From Candidatus Neptunichlamydia sp. (GTDB lineage Bacteria; Chlamydiota; Chlamydiia; Chlamydiales; Simkaniaceae): a stretch of DNA of 64,000 nucleotides. The notes under the pieces are model-generated. The model was not told the origin of the DNA and ran no database searches. It was given only the letters and a program-made list of their open reading frames with translations. Where the stretch lies: positions 1,152,001 through 1,216,000 of the forward strand of contig OZ247587.1 in the NCBI GenBank assembly GCA_965233865.1, read 5' to 3'. A program made the translations under genes and the position numbers. This document shows, piece after piece, positions 1 through 10,827 of this stretch. How positions within the stretch are numbered: position 1 is the stretch's first letter; the number at the start of each line of letters is the position of its first letter.

Positions 1-1
1 T

Positions 2-418
2 GATGAAGATGCAATTGCCCAAGCGCAAAAAAACTTTAAAGAACCTTTTGTAGAGTTTGAAGCCGGCAATTTTTTGAAAAGCGAAGGCAGCGGCAATTGG
101 GATGCAGTGATTAATTTTGATGTGATTGAGCATATTCTTCCAGAGCATGCATATGATTTTTTAGGAGGGATTGCCAAAGAGCTAACTCCTGAAGGACTCT
201 GCGTTATTGGAACACCAAGTAAAATCTCTCAAGATTTTGCTTCCGAAGTGTCTAAAAAAGGCCACATCAACATCTATTCCCATGAAAGGCTAGAAACTGA
301 GATGCGCGAGCATTTCGAGTTTGTATTCATGTTTGCTGCCCATGATGAAGTTGTCCATACTGGATATCTTCCTCTTGCTCATTATTTTATCACAGTTGGG
401 TGCAAGAAGAAATCATGA
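2..418 (+). CDS. Class I SAM-dependent methyltransferase (5'-truncated by window edge)
   Basis: Frame is open from base 2 (DEDAIAQAQKNF...); motifs 'DAVINFDVIEHI' and 'LTPEGLCVIGTP' are typical of Methyltransf_11/23; ATGA overlap with the next gene. Confidence 0.8.
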   Translation, partial: DEDAIAQAQKNFKEPFVEFEAGNFLKSEGSGNWDAVINFDVIEHILPEHAYDFLGGIAKELTPEGLCVIGTPSKISQDFASEVSKKGHINIYSHERLETEMREHFEFVFMFAAHDEVVHTGYLPLAHYFITVGCKKKS

Positions 419-1452
419 AGTCTCATGCTGCCGTTTTAATAGAGTGTGGCGCTCCTCTTGAGTTAATGGAACTTGAAATTCCGAAGCTTCAAGAAGGCCA
501 AGTTCTTGTCCAAATGAAATACAGTGGAATTTGCCGTACACAGCTCAATGAAATCAAAGGCTTCAAGGGTCCCGACAGATTTTTACCTCACACACTCGGA
601 CATGAAGGATCAGGAGTCGTCGTCGATACTGGACCTGGTGTTGCGAAAGTAAAAATAGATGACTCAGTGATTCTGACCTGGATTAAGGGAGATGGAATTG
701 ATGCTAAAGGAACCATCTACCAATGTGGCGACTTGAAAATAAATTCCGGGCCTATCAGTACTTTCTTAGAGTATGCAGTCATTGCCGAAAATCGCCTCAT
801 TCCCATCCCTTCAGACGTTCCCCTGAGAGAAGCTTCTTTATTTGGGTGTGCAATCCCCACAGGAGCAGGGATCATTTACAATGAGCTCACCCTTACTCCA
901 GACTCAACAATTGCCCTCTTTGGACTCGGTGGAATTGGTCTCAGCGCTCTTATTGCAGCGACTGCCAAAAAAGCTAAAAAGATTATCGCGATCGACTTAG
1001 AGCCTTCAAAGCTCATTCTGGCAAAAGAACTTGGAGCAACTCATACTCTGCTTTATAGTCCGGATGCCCTTCTTTCGTCACTTGACTCAATCACCGATGG
1101 GAAAGGGGTCGATTTTGCTGTTGAGGCTGTGGGCAAAAAAGAAGTCATGGAACTCGCTTTTAAAGCAGTAAAAGCCCAAACTGGTCTTTGTGTTCTTGCA
1201 GGAAATGTTCCCAAAGACACCAAGATCGAATGTGATCCCTTTGATTTTATTAAGGGCAAAAAACTTATTGGAACTTGGGGAGGAAACGTTAAACCTGATC
1301 AAGATATCCCTTTTTTCTTGCGGTCGTTTTACCCTGGAAATAAACAGCTTAACCGTTTAATTTCTCACGAGTCTCCCTTGAGTGAAATCAATGCCCTTGT
1401 GGCCTTATTAGATAGCGGCCTGGCTGCACGAACCCTCGTCACTTTCAACTGA
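415..1452 (+). CDS. Zinc-binding (MDR family) alcohol dehydrogenase
   Basis: SGICRTQ, GHEGSG and Rossmann GLGGIG motifs; ATG at 415 overlaps the upstream stop. Confidence 0.9.
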   Translation: MKSHAAVLIECGAPLELMELEIPKLQEGQVLVQMKYSGICRTQLNEIKGFKGPDRFLPHTLGHEGSGVVVDTGPGVAKVKIDDSVILTWIKGDGIDAKGTIYQCGDLKINSGPISTFLEYAVIAENRLIPIPSDVPLREASLFGCAIPTGAGIIYNELTLTPDSTIALFGLGGIGLSALIAATAKKAKKIIAIDLEPSKLILAKELGATHTLLYSPDALLSSLDSITDGKGVDFAVEAVGKKEVMELAFKAVKAQTGLCVLAGNVPKDTKIECDPFDFIKGKKLIGTWGGNVKPDQDIPFFLRSFYPGNKQLNRLISHESPLSEINALVALLDSGLAARTLVTFN

Positions 1453-2369
1453 TGGCGCTCTCTGTGATTCTTCCCAACTTCAATCATAGCCGCTATCTGC
1501 CCGCAGCGCTTGAAGCTATTTTTTTGCAGTCATCCCTCCCAGAGGAAGTCCTCATTATTGACGATGCATCGACAGATAAGAGTGTTTCTCTGATCAAAAA
1601 ATGGCAACAAAAACACCCTCAAATCAAACTCCTTCAAAATGAAACAAACCAGGGCCCAGTCCCCACCATTAACCGAGGCATTCAAGAGGCGCAGTCTGAA
1701 CTACTGGCTTTTTCTTCTGCCGATGACTTTGTCCTTCCTGGCTTCTTCGAAAAAGCCACATCTTTTCTCAAAACGCACCCTGAAATAGGAATGTGCACGG
1801 GGAAAACCTGCCATTTTGAAGATCATACTCCTCATTTTCTTGTTCCTGACCGAATGCCGCTTGGAAACTCTCCTCAGATTTTTACAAAAGAAACTCTTCC
1901 TGAAATTTTTAAAAAAACCACATTTTTTATTCACTCAAACTGCGCAATCTATCGAAAGAAACACATTGTTGCATTTGGAGGATTGAACCCTAAACTCAAA
2001 AGTTTTGGTGATTGGTACCTCAACTGCCTTGTAGCATCGCACCATGGCATCGGTTACATCCCTTCTCTCTTTGGAGCCTTCCGTCTTTCAGAGAAATCCT
2101 ATGCAAATATTCTAAAATCATCTGAGCATCAGGAGGAAATGTTTCATGCTCTTATGAGAGATATTAAGGAAAGAGACTTGGATCATTTTTTCAAATCAAC
2201 AGGCCTCCTTTCCCATGGAGGAATTCGTCTCGTTCTTTTCCTTGCAAAGCACAAAGGGTACCGCTCTTTTTTCCCTCGGGCCTTTTTCAAAAAGTGCCAC
2301 TTTCATTTGAATAAACTGCTTAAAGAGGGGAGTCCTCTAACAGCTGAAGATCTTGATAGTATTTCATAA
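1452..2369 (+). CDS. Glycosyltransferase family 2
   Basis: [16 protein letters not shown] and SADD motifs of the GT-A fold. Confidence 0.9.
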   Translation: MALSVILPNFNHSRYLPAALEAIFLQSSLPEEVLIIDDASTDKSVSLIKKWQQKHPQIKLLQNETNQGPVPTINRGIQEAQSELLAFSSADDFVLPGFFEKATSFLKTHPEIGMCTGKTCHFEDHTPHFLVPDRMPLGNSPQIFTKETLPEIFKKTTFFIHSNCAIYRKKHIVAFGGLNPKLKSFGDWYLNCLVASHHGIGYIPSLFGAFRLSEKSYANILKSSEHQEEMFHALMRDIKERDLDHFFKSTGLLSHGGIRLVLFLAKHKGYRSFFPRAFFKKCHFHLNKLLKEGSPLTAEDLDSIS

Positions 2370-4302
2370 GATCTCGGAAGCGCGATGCATCTTCAAAACG
2401 AAGCTCTTTTGCGGCAATCTTCATTTCCTTTTCGCATTCTTTCATTCTTTCAAGAATTTCTTTTGGAGATACAGAAATCTCAGCTTCCTTCTCTTTTCCT
2501 TCCGCTGCTTTATATTCATGAAATACTTCTGCTAAATCTTTGCTTATCGTTTTTGGAGTAATTCCATGTTTGCGATTATACTCAGCTTGAATCTTCCGAC
2601 GATCTGTAGTCACCTGAATCGTCTTCTTGATCGATTTGGTTTCCTTATCCGCATACATAATAACCCTTCCCTCACTATTGCGGGCTGCGCGCCCACAAGT
2701 CTGAGTGAGCGCCGTTTCACTCCGCAAAAACCCTTCTTTATCAGCATCTAATATCGCAACCAGTGTCACTTCGGGAATGTCTAATCCTTCCCTAAGCAAG
2801 TTAATCCCCACAAGTACATCAAATACTCCCTTTCTCAGATCTTTAATAATTTCTACTCGTTCTAAAGTGTCGATATCAGAATGCAGATATTTTGCCCTCA
2901 CTCCAATTTCTTGCAGATATTTAGAAAGATCTTCCGAAAGTTTTTTTGTAAGTGTCGTGACAAGAACCCTCCCCCCTTTGCTTATTTCAACACGGATCTC
3001 ATCGAGACAATCATCAACCTGGTTTGTTGCAGGTCTTACTTCAATCACAGGGTCAAGAAGGCCTGTCGGACGAATGACTTGCTGAACCACGTCCCCTTTG
3101 GCTTCATTTATCTCCCAAGGTCCCGGAGTTGCCGATACATACACAACTTGATTAATGTGATTATAAAATTCTTCAAATTTTAATGGACGGTTGTCATAAG
3201 CCGAAGGCAGTCGAAACCCAAAATCCACTAGAGATTGCTTTCTTGCTCTATCCCCATTATGCATTGCATGGATTTGTGGGAGGGTTTGGTGAGATTCATC
3301 GACAAACACCAAGTAATCACTAGGAAAATAATCCAAAAGACATGCAGGAGGCTCTCCAGTATTTCTTGCTCCAAAGTGGCGAGAATAGTTCTCAACTCCT
3401 TTGCAGTACCCAATTTCTTTAATCATTTCGAGGTCATACCTTGTCCTCTGCTCAATACGCTGCTGTTCAACAAGTAGGTTTTCTAGGCGAAAGTAATCAC
3501 TTCTTTCCTTCAGTTCTTTCTTAATTGTCACCATTGCGCTTAGCCGTGCCTTTTCAGGAGTCACATGGTGAGAACTTGGATAGATTGAAAGTTTTTTTAC
3601 CCGCGTTTTGACTTTCCCAGTGAGTGGATCAATCTCGCTGATTCTCTCAATCTCGTCTCCGAAAAACTCAATGCGATATCCCAAATCATCCTCATAGGCA
3701 GGGACAATTTCCAGAATATCCCCTCTCACTCGAAAATGAGAGCGCGAAAGCTCAAAATCATTGCGCGTATATTGCAACTCAATGAGGTGTAATAGGGCAT
3801 CATCACGCCGATAACTCTCCCCTACATTTAGCTCTAACTTCATTTCACGAAAATACTCAGGCATTCCCAGTCCATAGATACATGATACCGAAGAGACGAT
3901 GATGACATCTTCTCTTTCGAGCAAAGAGCACGTTGCCCTCAACCTCAGTTTTTCTATCCGGTCATTAATCGATAAATCTTTTTCGATATAGGTATCTGTT
4001 CTTGGGACATATGCCTCAGGTTGGTAATAATCATAATAAGAGACAAAGTATTCCACAGCATTGTTTGGAAACAACCCACTAAATTCTTGATAAAGTTGCG
4101 CTGCAAGTGTTTTATTATGTGCCAAGATAAGCGTCGGTTTTTGCACGTTCTCTATAACGTTTGCCATGGTAAACGTTTTCCCAGATCCCGTAATCCCGAG
4201 CAAAACCTGAGATCTCTTGCCTAGATTAACTCCCTCAGTGAGTTTTTCAATCGCTTTTGGTTGATCCCCCTGAGGGTCAAAATCGGAAACTAGCTTAAAC
4301 AT
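2320..4302 (-). CDS. uvrB: Excinuclease ABC subunit B
   Basis: [22 protein letters not shown] motifs and C-terminal UVR domain. Confidence 0.98.
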   Translation of the reverse strand: MFKLVSDFDPQGDQPKAIEKLTEGVNLGKRSQVLLGITGSGKTFTMANVIENVQKPTLILAHNKTLAAQLYQEFSGLFPNNAVEYFVSYYDYYQPEAYVPRTDTYIEKDLSINDRIEKLRLRATCSLLEREDVIIVSSVSCIYGLGMPEYFREMKLELNVGESYRRDDALLHLIELQYTRNDFELSRSHFRVRGDILEIVPAYEDDLGYRIEFFGDEIERISEIDPLTGKVKTRVKKLSIYPSSHHVTPEKARLSAMVTIKKELKERSDYFRLENLLVEQQRIEQRTRYDLEMIKEIGYCKGVENYSRHFGARNTGEPPACLLDYFPSDYLVFVDESHQTLPQIHAMHNGDRARKQSLVDFGFRLPSAYDNRPLKFEEFYNHINQVVYVSATPGPWEINEAKGDVVQQVIRPTGLLDPVIEVRPATNQVDDCLDEIRVEISKGGRVLVTTLTKKLSEDLSKYLQEIGVRAKYLHSDIDTLERVEIIKDLRKGVFDVLVGINLLREGLDIPEVTLVAILDADKEGFLRSETALTQTCGRAARNSEGRVIMYADKETKSIKKTIQVTTDRRKIQAEYNRKHGITPKTISKDLAEVFHEYKAAEGKEKEAEISVSPKEILERMKECEKEMKIAAKELRFEDASRFRDLMKYYQDLQLLEDSPL

Positions 4303-5515
4303 AAACAAGGAATTTAGAGATTAAAGGCTTAAGGATGCCTAATTGTACACACATAGCTACCACCATAATAAAAAAAGCGAACAGAATAATACACACAAGA
4401 AGAGCGCGCCCATAAAATGTTGAATAAAATCGGGGGGTTTTCAGCTTCCATGCCATCATTGCAGGAAGAAAAATTAAAAGAATAGCAACGAACACACCAG
4501 CATAGTCTATCGCAACAAAGAACCCCCGTTGATAAGTAAAGACAAAAATCAAGGGAGGGACAAAAGTCAAAAGGCATGCGATCACACGGCCTTCCCAACT
4601 CTTCTTAATCTTAAAACCATCGGTTAGAAAGTCAGATAGACTCAATGTTACCCCTAAAAATGATGTGACAATTGCAAAGAAAGAGAATAAATGCGCCCCA
4701 ACCTTGACCCAATGATTCGTAACGATTTGTGTCAGAGGCTGCGTTGCAGAAATGCCCCATTTCCATGCATGGATGAGTCCATCTTCTCCACTCAAAGGGA
4801 CAATTCCTAAAATAAGAACTTGCCATAACAAATAAATCACAAGGGGAAGCAGACTTCCCACAACAAGGATCCACCGCAATTTTTTCTTATCGTGATTCAT
4901 ATAAGTCGTTAAGCTGGGTATGATGATATGGTACCCAAACGAGGTAATTACAACGGGGAAAACCATTGAAGCTGAACTCCAGTCAGCATGAGCAAGTAAC
5001 TTACCATCAATATGTTCTGGCAAAAGCCCTACAAGCAGTAGATACGACACACAAAGCCCAAGCATTAGCAATCGATTGATTATATCGACTCCCAAAGTAC
5101 CTAAGTAAACAAAAAAACCAAAAACCAAAGGAAGACAGAATGGGCCTAGCCAATATGGCAAAATATATCCTGTTACATACTGAATTGCTGCAATAAACAA
5201 AGGACTACTTGCCGAAATATAGGCCGCAGTGAGTGAATAAAGTAGCAATAGATAAACAATCCAGCTGAGTCCTTTGCCCCACCCACCTAGTGTCCTATGA
5301 ACCATAGAAATTAGGTTAGGATCTCCTTCCACAGCAAAGTTTACGTCTAGAAAAAAAAACGCCGTAGTGAGCATAACTCCCCAACAAAGGAGAAATATGG
5401 CAATTGAGGGGAAAAAACCAACAAAAGAACTCATAACAGGAAGAGCAAGCATACCCGCACCAATCGTCGTTCCTGCTACAAGCAAAACTCCGCCTATATA
5501 GTGATTGATTTTCAT
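4295..5515 (-). CDS. tyrP: Tyrosine/aromatic amino acid permease
   Basis: [12 protein letters not shown] and [11 protein letters not shown] motifs; about 11 TM segments. Confidence 0.9.
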   Translation of the reverse strand: MKINHYIGGVLLVAGTTIGAGMLALPVMSSFVGFFPSIAIFLLCWGVMLTTAFFFLDVNFAVEGDPNLISMVHRTLGGWGKGLSWIVYLLLLYSLTAAYISASSPLFIAAIQYVTGYILPYWLGPFCLPLVFGFFVYLGTLGVDIINRLLMLGLCVSYLLLVGLLPEHIDGKLLAHADWSSASMVFPVVITSFGYHIIIPSLTTYMNHDKKKLRWILVVGSLLPLVIYLLWQVLILGIVPLSGEDGLIHAWKWGISATQPLTQIVTNHWVKVGAHLFSFFAIVTSFLGVTLSLSDFLTDGFKIKKSWEGRVIACLLTFVPPLIFVFTYQRGFFVAIDYAGVFVAILLIFLPAMMAWKLKTPRFYSTFYGRALLVCIILFAFFIMVVAMCVQLGILKPLISKFLVYV

Positions 5516-5599
5516 TTTGCACTCCTATCCCGTTCAAGGGTACATTGATGATCTTTTCAAATCAATCATATACTAGAGAGTGTACTCAAAAGATTGCCC

Positions 5600-5780
5600 A
5601 TTGAAGAATACAGCCAATAGTGATCATTCTACATCCTATTTGAGTTGCTTGAAACATTTGCAAACTCCGGACCCAGGACGGGAGCTTTCTATTACAAAAT
5701 GGGTTGAAGATGAATCCTGTGATTCATGGCTTTTTCTTTCGTGTGATACTAAAAGCAGAGACACCATGCGCCCAGAGGAC
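5600..5780 (+). pseudogene. Probable internal fragment of an F-type conjugative coupling protein (TraD-like)
   Basis: Peptide KNTANS..SYLSCLKHL...LSITKWVEDESCDSWLFLSCDTKSRDTMRP resembles the TraD segment KTAxSIR..Y..FxIRDW...WLFISS....LKP (recognised by eye). Confidence 0.45.
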
Positions 5781-5937
5781 ACTATTAAACATTTTTCTTT
5801 AAACTTAAACAATTTTTCTTCTGCGCCCACTTTAAATAAATTAGTAGACAGAAAATGCTTGATCGGAGCGGCATAGATTTTTAATAATCTTTTGGATAAG
5901 AATATAAATTCTTCACTTGTAATTAGGAAATATTTTG

Positions 5938-7164
5938 ATGACATCACCAATATATAACACGCTAGCTAATATACCATCCCAAAACACTGAAGGAGGATAC
6001 GTTTCTCCTAGAAAAAGTCCAATCCAACTTAACGCTGAACGATTAGATCTAAAGACAATATTTTCCAAGATTGGTGAAAATGTTTGCTGTGTCTATGCGG
6101 GCGATGTGAAAAGTTCTGGGATTCTTTTAGGTGGAAAGAAAGTGTTGGTTACTTTGCATTCTGTGGCGCCTATATGTGGTCAAGAAAGGAAATATCACGA
6201 ATTCATAAATATACAGTATGGAAATGGTGGATATCTTGCAAAATGGTCAGACAAAAATATACCTAAAAAAGCAGAGTATTACGATTGCTGCGTTTTTGAT
6301 GTGATAGATGATGAATTTCCATCTATTCCTGAAGTTTCTACACTCTCTGAATCTATTGATCCAGGGGAAGAAGTGTACTTTGCTGGGTATCCGCTTACAC
6401 AAGAAGACCCGTCTTTCCATAAAGGTACTGTCTCTTCTTATACAAATAGAGAGGGTCTGTCACAATTTCATATCGATGCTTCAATTCTTCCAGGAAATTC
6501 CGGAGGACCTGTCTTTATTGTAAAAGATAAAGCCCTTTATTTAGCAGGAATGATTTTTGCTGAACTCGCGAGTATCGATAGTGACTTTGTCAGAAAAAGA
6601 GAGGATATTTCTAGCAGGCTTTTACAAGCTACGATCTCTGCAGGTGGTGTTGAGACTAATAAAGTAGTGTTAGGTATAATGAACACGGTTTTTGATAACT
6701 TGTCAACAGGTATTGGAAAGGTCTTAAGCATACAGAATGCACTGGATGTGACTACAGAGAAAGAATTACCAGATGCGGAAATACCATTTCACCTTGGCTT
6801 TTCAGTAGGTGGGTGTTTCAAAAGAGAAAAAACAAAATACGAAGAGTACGATACATACCCCAATGGTCATGAGTCCAAACATTTTATTTTTGGCAGAAAT
6901 TGCAACTTTAAAAGTGAAAAAATATTTGCTCAAAAGACGGTAAGCGGTCCTTCAAAATTTTTTCCTGAATTCTCTAAGAATTATATATCTCATCTTAAAG
7001 CATCCATAGAACGTTGGGTAGATAATGGCGCTAATAAAGATTGTCTATATGTGGGTTATTCCGAAAATATTGGTGCTGATAACGGAGAACTAACAAATTT
7101 AGTTGAAATCTATTTTACCTGTACTGGTGGAGCGCATATTCGTCCTAAATACATTCAGTCTTAA
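5938..7164 (+). CDS. Trypsin-like serine protease fused to a C-terminal putative toxin nuclease (Ntox50-like) domain
   Basis: Catalytic triad motifs VTLH, YYDCCVF, PGNSGGP; C-terminal HESKH...IG..NG..T....I.F...GAHIRP. Confidence 0.8.
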   Translation: MTSPIYNTLANIPSQNTEGGYVSPRKSPIQLNAERLDLKTIFSKIGENVCCVYAGDVKSSGILLGGKKVLVTLHSVAPICGQERKYHEFINIQYGNGGYLAKWSDKNIPKKAEYYDCCVFDVIDDEFPSIPEVSTLSESIDPGEEVYFAGYPLTQEDPSFHKGTVSSYTNREGLSQFHIDASILPGNSGGPVFIVKDKALYLAGMIFAELASIDSDFVRKREDISSRLLQATISAGGVETNKVVLGIMNTVFDNLSTGIGKVLSIQNALDVTTEKELPDAEIPFHLGFSVGGCFKREKTKYEEYDTYPNGHESKHFIFGRNCNFKSEKIFAQKTVSGPSKFFPEFSKNYISHLKASIERWVDNGANKDCLYVGYSENIGADNGELTNLVEIYFTCTGGAHIRPKYIQS

Positions 7165-7324
7165 AATTCTTTTGATTATAGGGATTGAGCAGGGTCACAT
7201 CGACAACCTGATCCTCCTCTCCTACGATGGAGTTAATCAAGGAGATGAGAAGGTCTTTGTTGTCTTCGGTGCCAAAGATTTTCTTGAAGGCGATATCGAC
7301 TCGTGGATTGATTTTGTGTGACAT
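7145..7324 (-). pseudogene. N-terminal fragment of an Rpn/PD-(D/E)XK family putative transposase
   Basis: MSHKINPRVDIAFKKIFGTEDNKDLLISLINSIV...LLNPYN with an AAGGAG RBS; stops after 59 aa. Confidence 0.8.
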
Positions 7325-7566
7325 GACGTCTTACTCCTTAAAACTTGGATCTATTCTACCCTCTTGAGAAAAACTCTTCAATAGGTATCCTCTCAAAAAA
7401 TCAATAGTCATAGTCTTTCCACGTCAGAAAATTGACTCGTGTAGACTTTAGCATCTCTAGCTCCATGTTATCGTCCTCAGTGAGGATTGCGGTTCTATCC
7501 TCTGCGGAGTCTTTTCTATATCACGAGGTGTCTTTTCTACTTTTAGCGATTTTTCCATCACAAACC

Positions 7567-7737
7567 TTAATTTTCACTATCAAAGGCTTCCAAAAGTACA
7601 CAGTCTTCCATTGGCACGATCACAACTTTAGCGCCATTGAACTCGTGTAAAATACGCTCTCCTCCAAATGAGACTCGATTAAACATTTCTTGCTCTTTTT
7701 TTATTGAGAGAACTTCATCATGCTGATTATAAATCAT
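7567..7737 (-). CDS. Small protein resembling a Phd/YefM-type antitoxin (possibly a remnant)
   Basis: 56 aa MIYNQH...FNRVSFGGERILHEFNGAKVVIVPMEDCVLLE; below the ORF-track cutoff. Confidence 0.4.
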   Translation of the reverse strand: MIYNQHDEVLSIKKEQEMFNRVSFGGERILHEFNGAKVVIVPMEDCVLLEAFDSEN

Positions 7738-7805
7738 TAACAACCTTTATTGAAGTTTTTCGTTCCACTGATTGTCACACCCCAAGTAGGCGCAGGTAAA
7801 GTCTC

Positions 7806-7885
7806 AGCGAAGAAAATATCAATGTGGAATAGACGAACTTTTTAAGGAGTATGACCTATAACTAAATTATAACAACTTAGCTATA
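7806..7885 (+). mobile_element. IS630-family right-end remnant
   Basis: Encodes RRKYQCGIDELFKE followed by ctaaattataacaacttagctata; near-identical to 35693-35770. Confidence 0.7.
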
Positions 7886-7920
7886 ATATGAGTTTGGAGT
7901 TTATTTCACCCATTTTCAGG

Positions 7921-10827
7921 TTAAGTAGGAAAGAATAAGATTCCCTCGTCTGGGAGACCTCGGAGAAAGATGTAATAGGTACCGGCGATGGGGGCGCCGC
8001 GGAGATAGCGGGAAAGAGCGGTGTGGTAGAGGCGCGCCTGTAGGTAATAATCATGATGGGTCATGGCTAGGTGGAGCGTGTCAGGATCGTAGGAGGGCAA
8101 AAGATTGGTCTTCCAATCGAGGAGGAAGTATTGATCATTATGAAGAAAAATAAGATCGATAAACCCTTTGATAAGGTTGGGGGGATTGGGATAGAGGAAT
8201 TCTGTTTCTGGATAAAAATGTTTGACTTCAGAGAGGGTGAAGAAATAGGGCGCGAGTGGGGTGTTTAGAGCGCTTTTGATGAGATCAAGTGTAGGTTCAT
8301 ACGGAAAGTGTGGAGGGAGTTGTTGTTTAAGAAGGGTTGAAATATCGAGGGAGGGGTTTCTAAAGATTGTTTCGAACAGTGAATGGATAATGAGACCGGT
8401 TTCGGCTCCTTTAGGGAGCTCTGTTGGCGTATGGACTGGGGGTTGGGAGGTTGTATGCGCTAGCGATGAGTAGGAATGAAGATAACGGGGGGGGTAGGAA
8501 TTTACAGGGTTTGTAGGAGCTGTGAGGGTTAGGTTTGTGGACTCTTTAAATGGAAGTTTTTTTGGCTCTAGATAGGTTGCATCAGTCGGTGCAGGGTTGA
8601 AGAGTTCTAGAGGAGACGCTTGACCCAGGGGAATGGGGGTATGTTTTGTATCACGAAGAAGTGGAATGTAAACGCGGTGTTTAGCACGGGTAAGAGCAAC
8701 GTAGAGTTGGCGCAATTTCTCGGCTTCTTGATTTTGCAAAGCTGCTTGACATTCGGCATGCGCAGGGTTGAAGAGGAGCCAGTTTTTCTGATGACGGACA
8801 AAATCATCTCGTCCTGTGTAGCGATTAACAAGACCGAGAGCAAAAACAACGTTGAATTCAAGCCCTTTGCTCATATGAATGGTCATGATGGTTACAGAGT
8901 TAGGATCGGAAAGAGGGCGCCGGTCAATCTCTTTAAGGGAAAGGAAAAACTCGAGAGTTTTTGGGAGAGAGGCTTTTGTTTGAGTTTGGTAATCAAGAAG
9001 AAGTTCACAGAGTTTGAGATAGTCGGAGTGAGAGTCAAGATCGGTGGGGATATAGAGATCTCGGAGGGCTTCTTGCAGGGATTGGGGCTTAGCAAATGCT
9101 GCGATGGTCCTTACAAGAAGGTCTTCGGCTGCAAGTTCACGGTGGTTACATGTGTGGGAAAGAAATCGCTTTACAGGGATTTCGGAAGGGGTGATGAGCG
9201 CCTCAAGGAGAGATCGGATGAGGGAAAAAATGGGCGCGAGTGTAAGATCTTCGGTGCTTTTAGATTGCGTAGGAATTTCGTGTGATTCGAGATAAGTTTT
9301 TAAGCGCGCTGCTTGAAAACGGTCTTTAACGAGAATGGCAAAGTCTGAGTATTGAAAGTCATGTTTGATGAGTTTTAGAATTTCACTGGCAATGAAAGGG
9401 AAGAACGTAGACTGCTCAATTTCGACAGAGGGCCAGCTCCTTTCTCGCTTCTTTTCTGTTTCATAAATAAAGAAGTGAACAGGGTGCTTATCATCAGGAA
9501 AGGGGCGATCGGGAATATCTGCATGTTTGACGGGATGAAAAGGCATCGGAGCATCAGGCAGAGAGAGGAAATGAGGGTTTGAACAAAAGAGAGCGTTGAG
9601 ACTTTGAATGAGTTTGGGGTCTGATCGATAATTGGTATCAAGATGCGATTTTTGAGAAACGGCTTCTTCAGCACTAAGATAGGTGTAGATATCTGCTGAA
9701 CGGAAGGAATAGATCGATTGCTTCGGATCCCCTACAAGGTAAAGGGCAGGAATGGGATCATCGATAAATAGTGTCTTAAAAATGCTCCATTGCACGGGAT
9801 CGGTATCTTGAAACTCATCAATAATGGCTGCTCTGTAGCGGCTACGGACTTTTTTAAGAAAGGAGGGAAGTGATAAACACTCGTTCATTTTTTTGAGGAT
9901 GTCGTTTGGAGCAAGAATTTCTTTTTTTAGAAGCGATTTTTGCGCGGAGATGCGGGCAGTGCAGGCGATGCGAACAAGAGTGCAAAGAGGAGATGCAGCG
10001 TTTTCAAGAATGGGTTTGAGGGATTCTGCAAAATCGAAAAGAGGGGCCGCATCAGCTTGTGATTTTTTATACTGATTTTCAATTGTCAAAAGAGACAGGA
10101 TAGGGGCTTGCGCAGTAAGAATTTCAAATTCTTCAATAGTAAGAGAGGATTTTTCAAGAAGAGCTACCTGCTCTTTAAAGGGCTTTTTCAAGACGCCGGA
10201 TTTATCTTTAATCTTAGAAAACTCATTGAGCAGTTGCACAGGGAATTGAGCAGTTTGTCGCAACTTATTATATTTCTGATGAGAGACAGAAAAGGAATCG
10301 TAGGTTGGAAACTCCCCTTCTTTTTCTACAAGAGAGAGGATTTTTTGGATGAGGGTTTCTTTGTCTTGTTTAAGAGCAAAGAGTTGGGAGGTACTATATT
10401 TCTCTGTAGAAAGGGAGGTGCGGAAGAAGTCAGTAATATGCTCTTTTAAGAGGGAGCGGTAGTCGGATTCTTCTTCACTTAAAAGTGCAAAACCGAGCCC
10501 AGCCTCAAAGGCAAACTCCGTTAGCATCCGATGACAAAACCCATGAATTGTAAAGATTTGCGCTTGATCAATAAGGGCAAGTGCCTTTTGGATATTCAAG
10601 GATGGGGTTTTGTTTTTAAGGGTATTTTGAATGCGGGCTTTTAGCTCACGTGTGGCGGCTCGTGTAAAGGTCACAACGAGTATTTCATCGAGGTCAAAGT
10701 TTTGTTCTTCAATCAAGCGGGCAGTGATATGCTCGATAGCAAAGGTTTTCCCTGTTCCGGCAGAGGCTTCTAAAAGATGGTGACCAAGAAGAGGGGTCTC
10801 AGGATCTAGAATATCAAACCTTTTCAT
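7921..10827 (-). CDS. recB: Exodeoxyribonuclease V beta subunit
   Basis: ASAGTGKT, DEFQDTD, VGDPKQSIYSFR, HMSKGLEF, YVALTRA and nuclease GFIDL...DWKT; ATG at 10827 overlaps the recC end. Confidence 0.95.
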   Translation of the reverse strand: MKRFDILDPETPLLGHHLLEASAGTGKTFAIEHITARLIEEQNFDLDEILVVTFTRAATRELKARIQNTLKNKTPSLNIQKALALIDQAQIFTIHGFCHRMLTEFAFEAGLGFALLSEEESDYRSLLKEHITDFFRTSLSTEKYSTSQLFALKQDKETLIQKILSLVEKEGEFPTYDSFSVSHQKYNKLRQTAQFPVQLLNEFSKIKDKSGVLKKPFKEQVALLEKSSLTIEEFEILTAQAPILSLLTIENQYKKSQADAAPLFDFAESLKPILENAASPLCTLVRIACTARISAQKSLLKKEILAPNDILKKMNECLSLPSFLKKVRSRYRAAIIDEFQDTDPVQWSIFKTLFIDDPIPALYLVGDPKQSIYSFRSADIYTYLSAEEAVSQKSHLDTNYRSDPKLIQSLNALFCSNPHFLSLPDAPMPFHPVKHADIPDRPFPDDKHPVHFFIYETEKKRERSWPSVEIEQSTFFPFIASEILKLIKHDFQYSDFAILVKDRFQAARLKTYLESHEIPTQSKSTEDLTLAPIFSLIRSLLEALITPSEIPVKRFLSHTCNHRELAAEDLLVRTIAAFAKPQSLQEALRDLYIPTDLDSHSDYLKLCELLLDYQTQTKASLPKTLEFFLSLKEIDRRPLSDPNSVTIMTIHMSKGLEFNVVFALGLVNRYTGRDDFVRHQKNWLLFNPAHAECQAALQNQEAEKLRQLYVALTRAKHRVYIPLLRDTKHTPIPLGQASPLELFNPAPTDATYLEPKKLPFKESTNLTLTAPTNPVNSYPPRYLHSYSSLAHTTSQPPVHTPTELPKGAETGLIIHSLFETIFRNPSLDISTLLKQQLPPHFPYEPTLDLIKSALNTPLAPYFFTLSEVKHFYPETEFLYPNPPNLIKGFIDLIFLHNDQYFLLDWKTNLLPSYDPDTLHLAMTHHDYYLQARLYHTALSRYLRGAPIAGTYYIFLRGLPDEGILFFPT

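Noticed and set aside
8620..9285. 221-aa plus-strand ORF inside recB
   Set aside because: Antisense shadow favoured by the G-rich skew; no motifs
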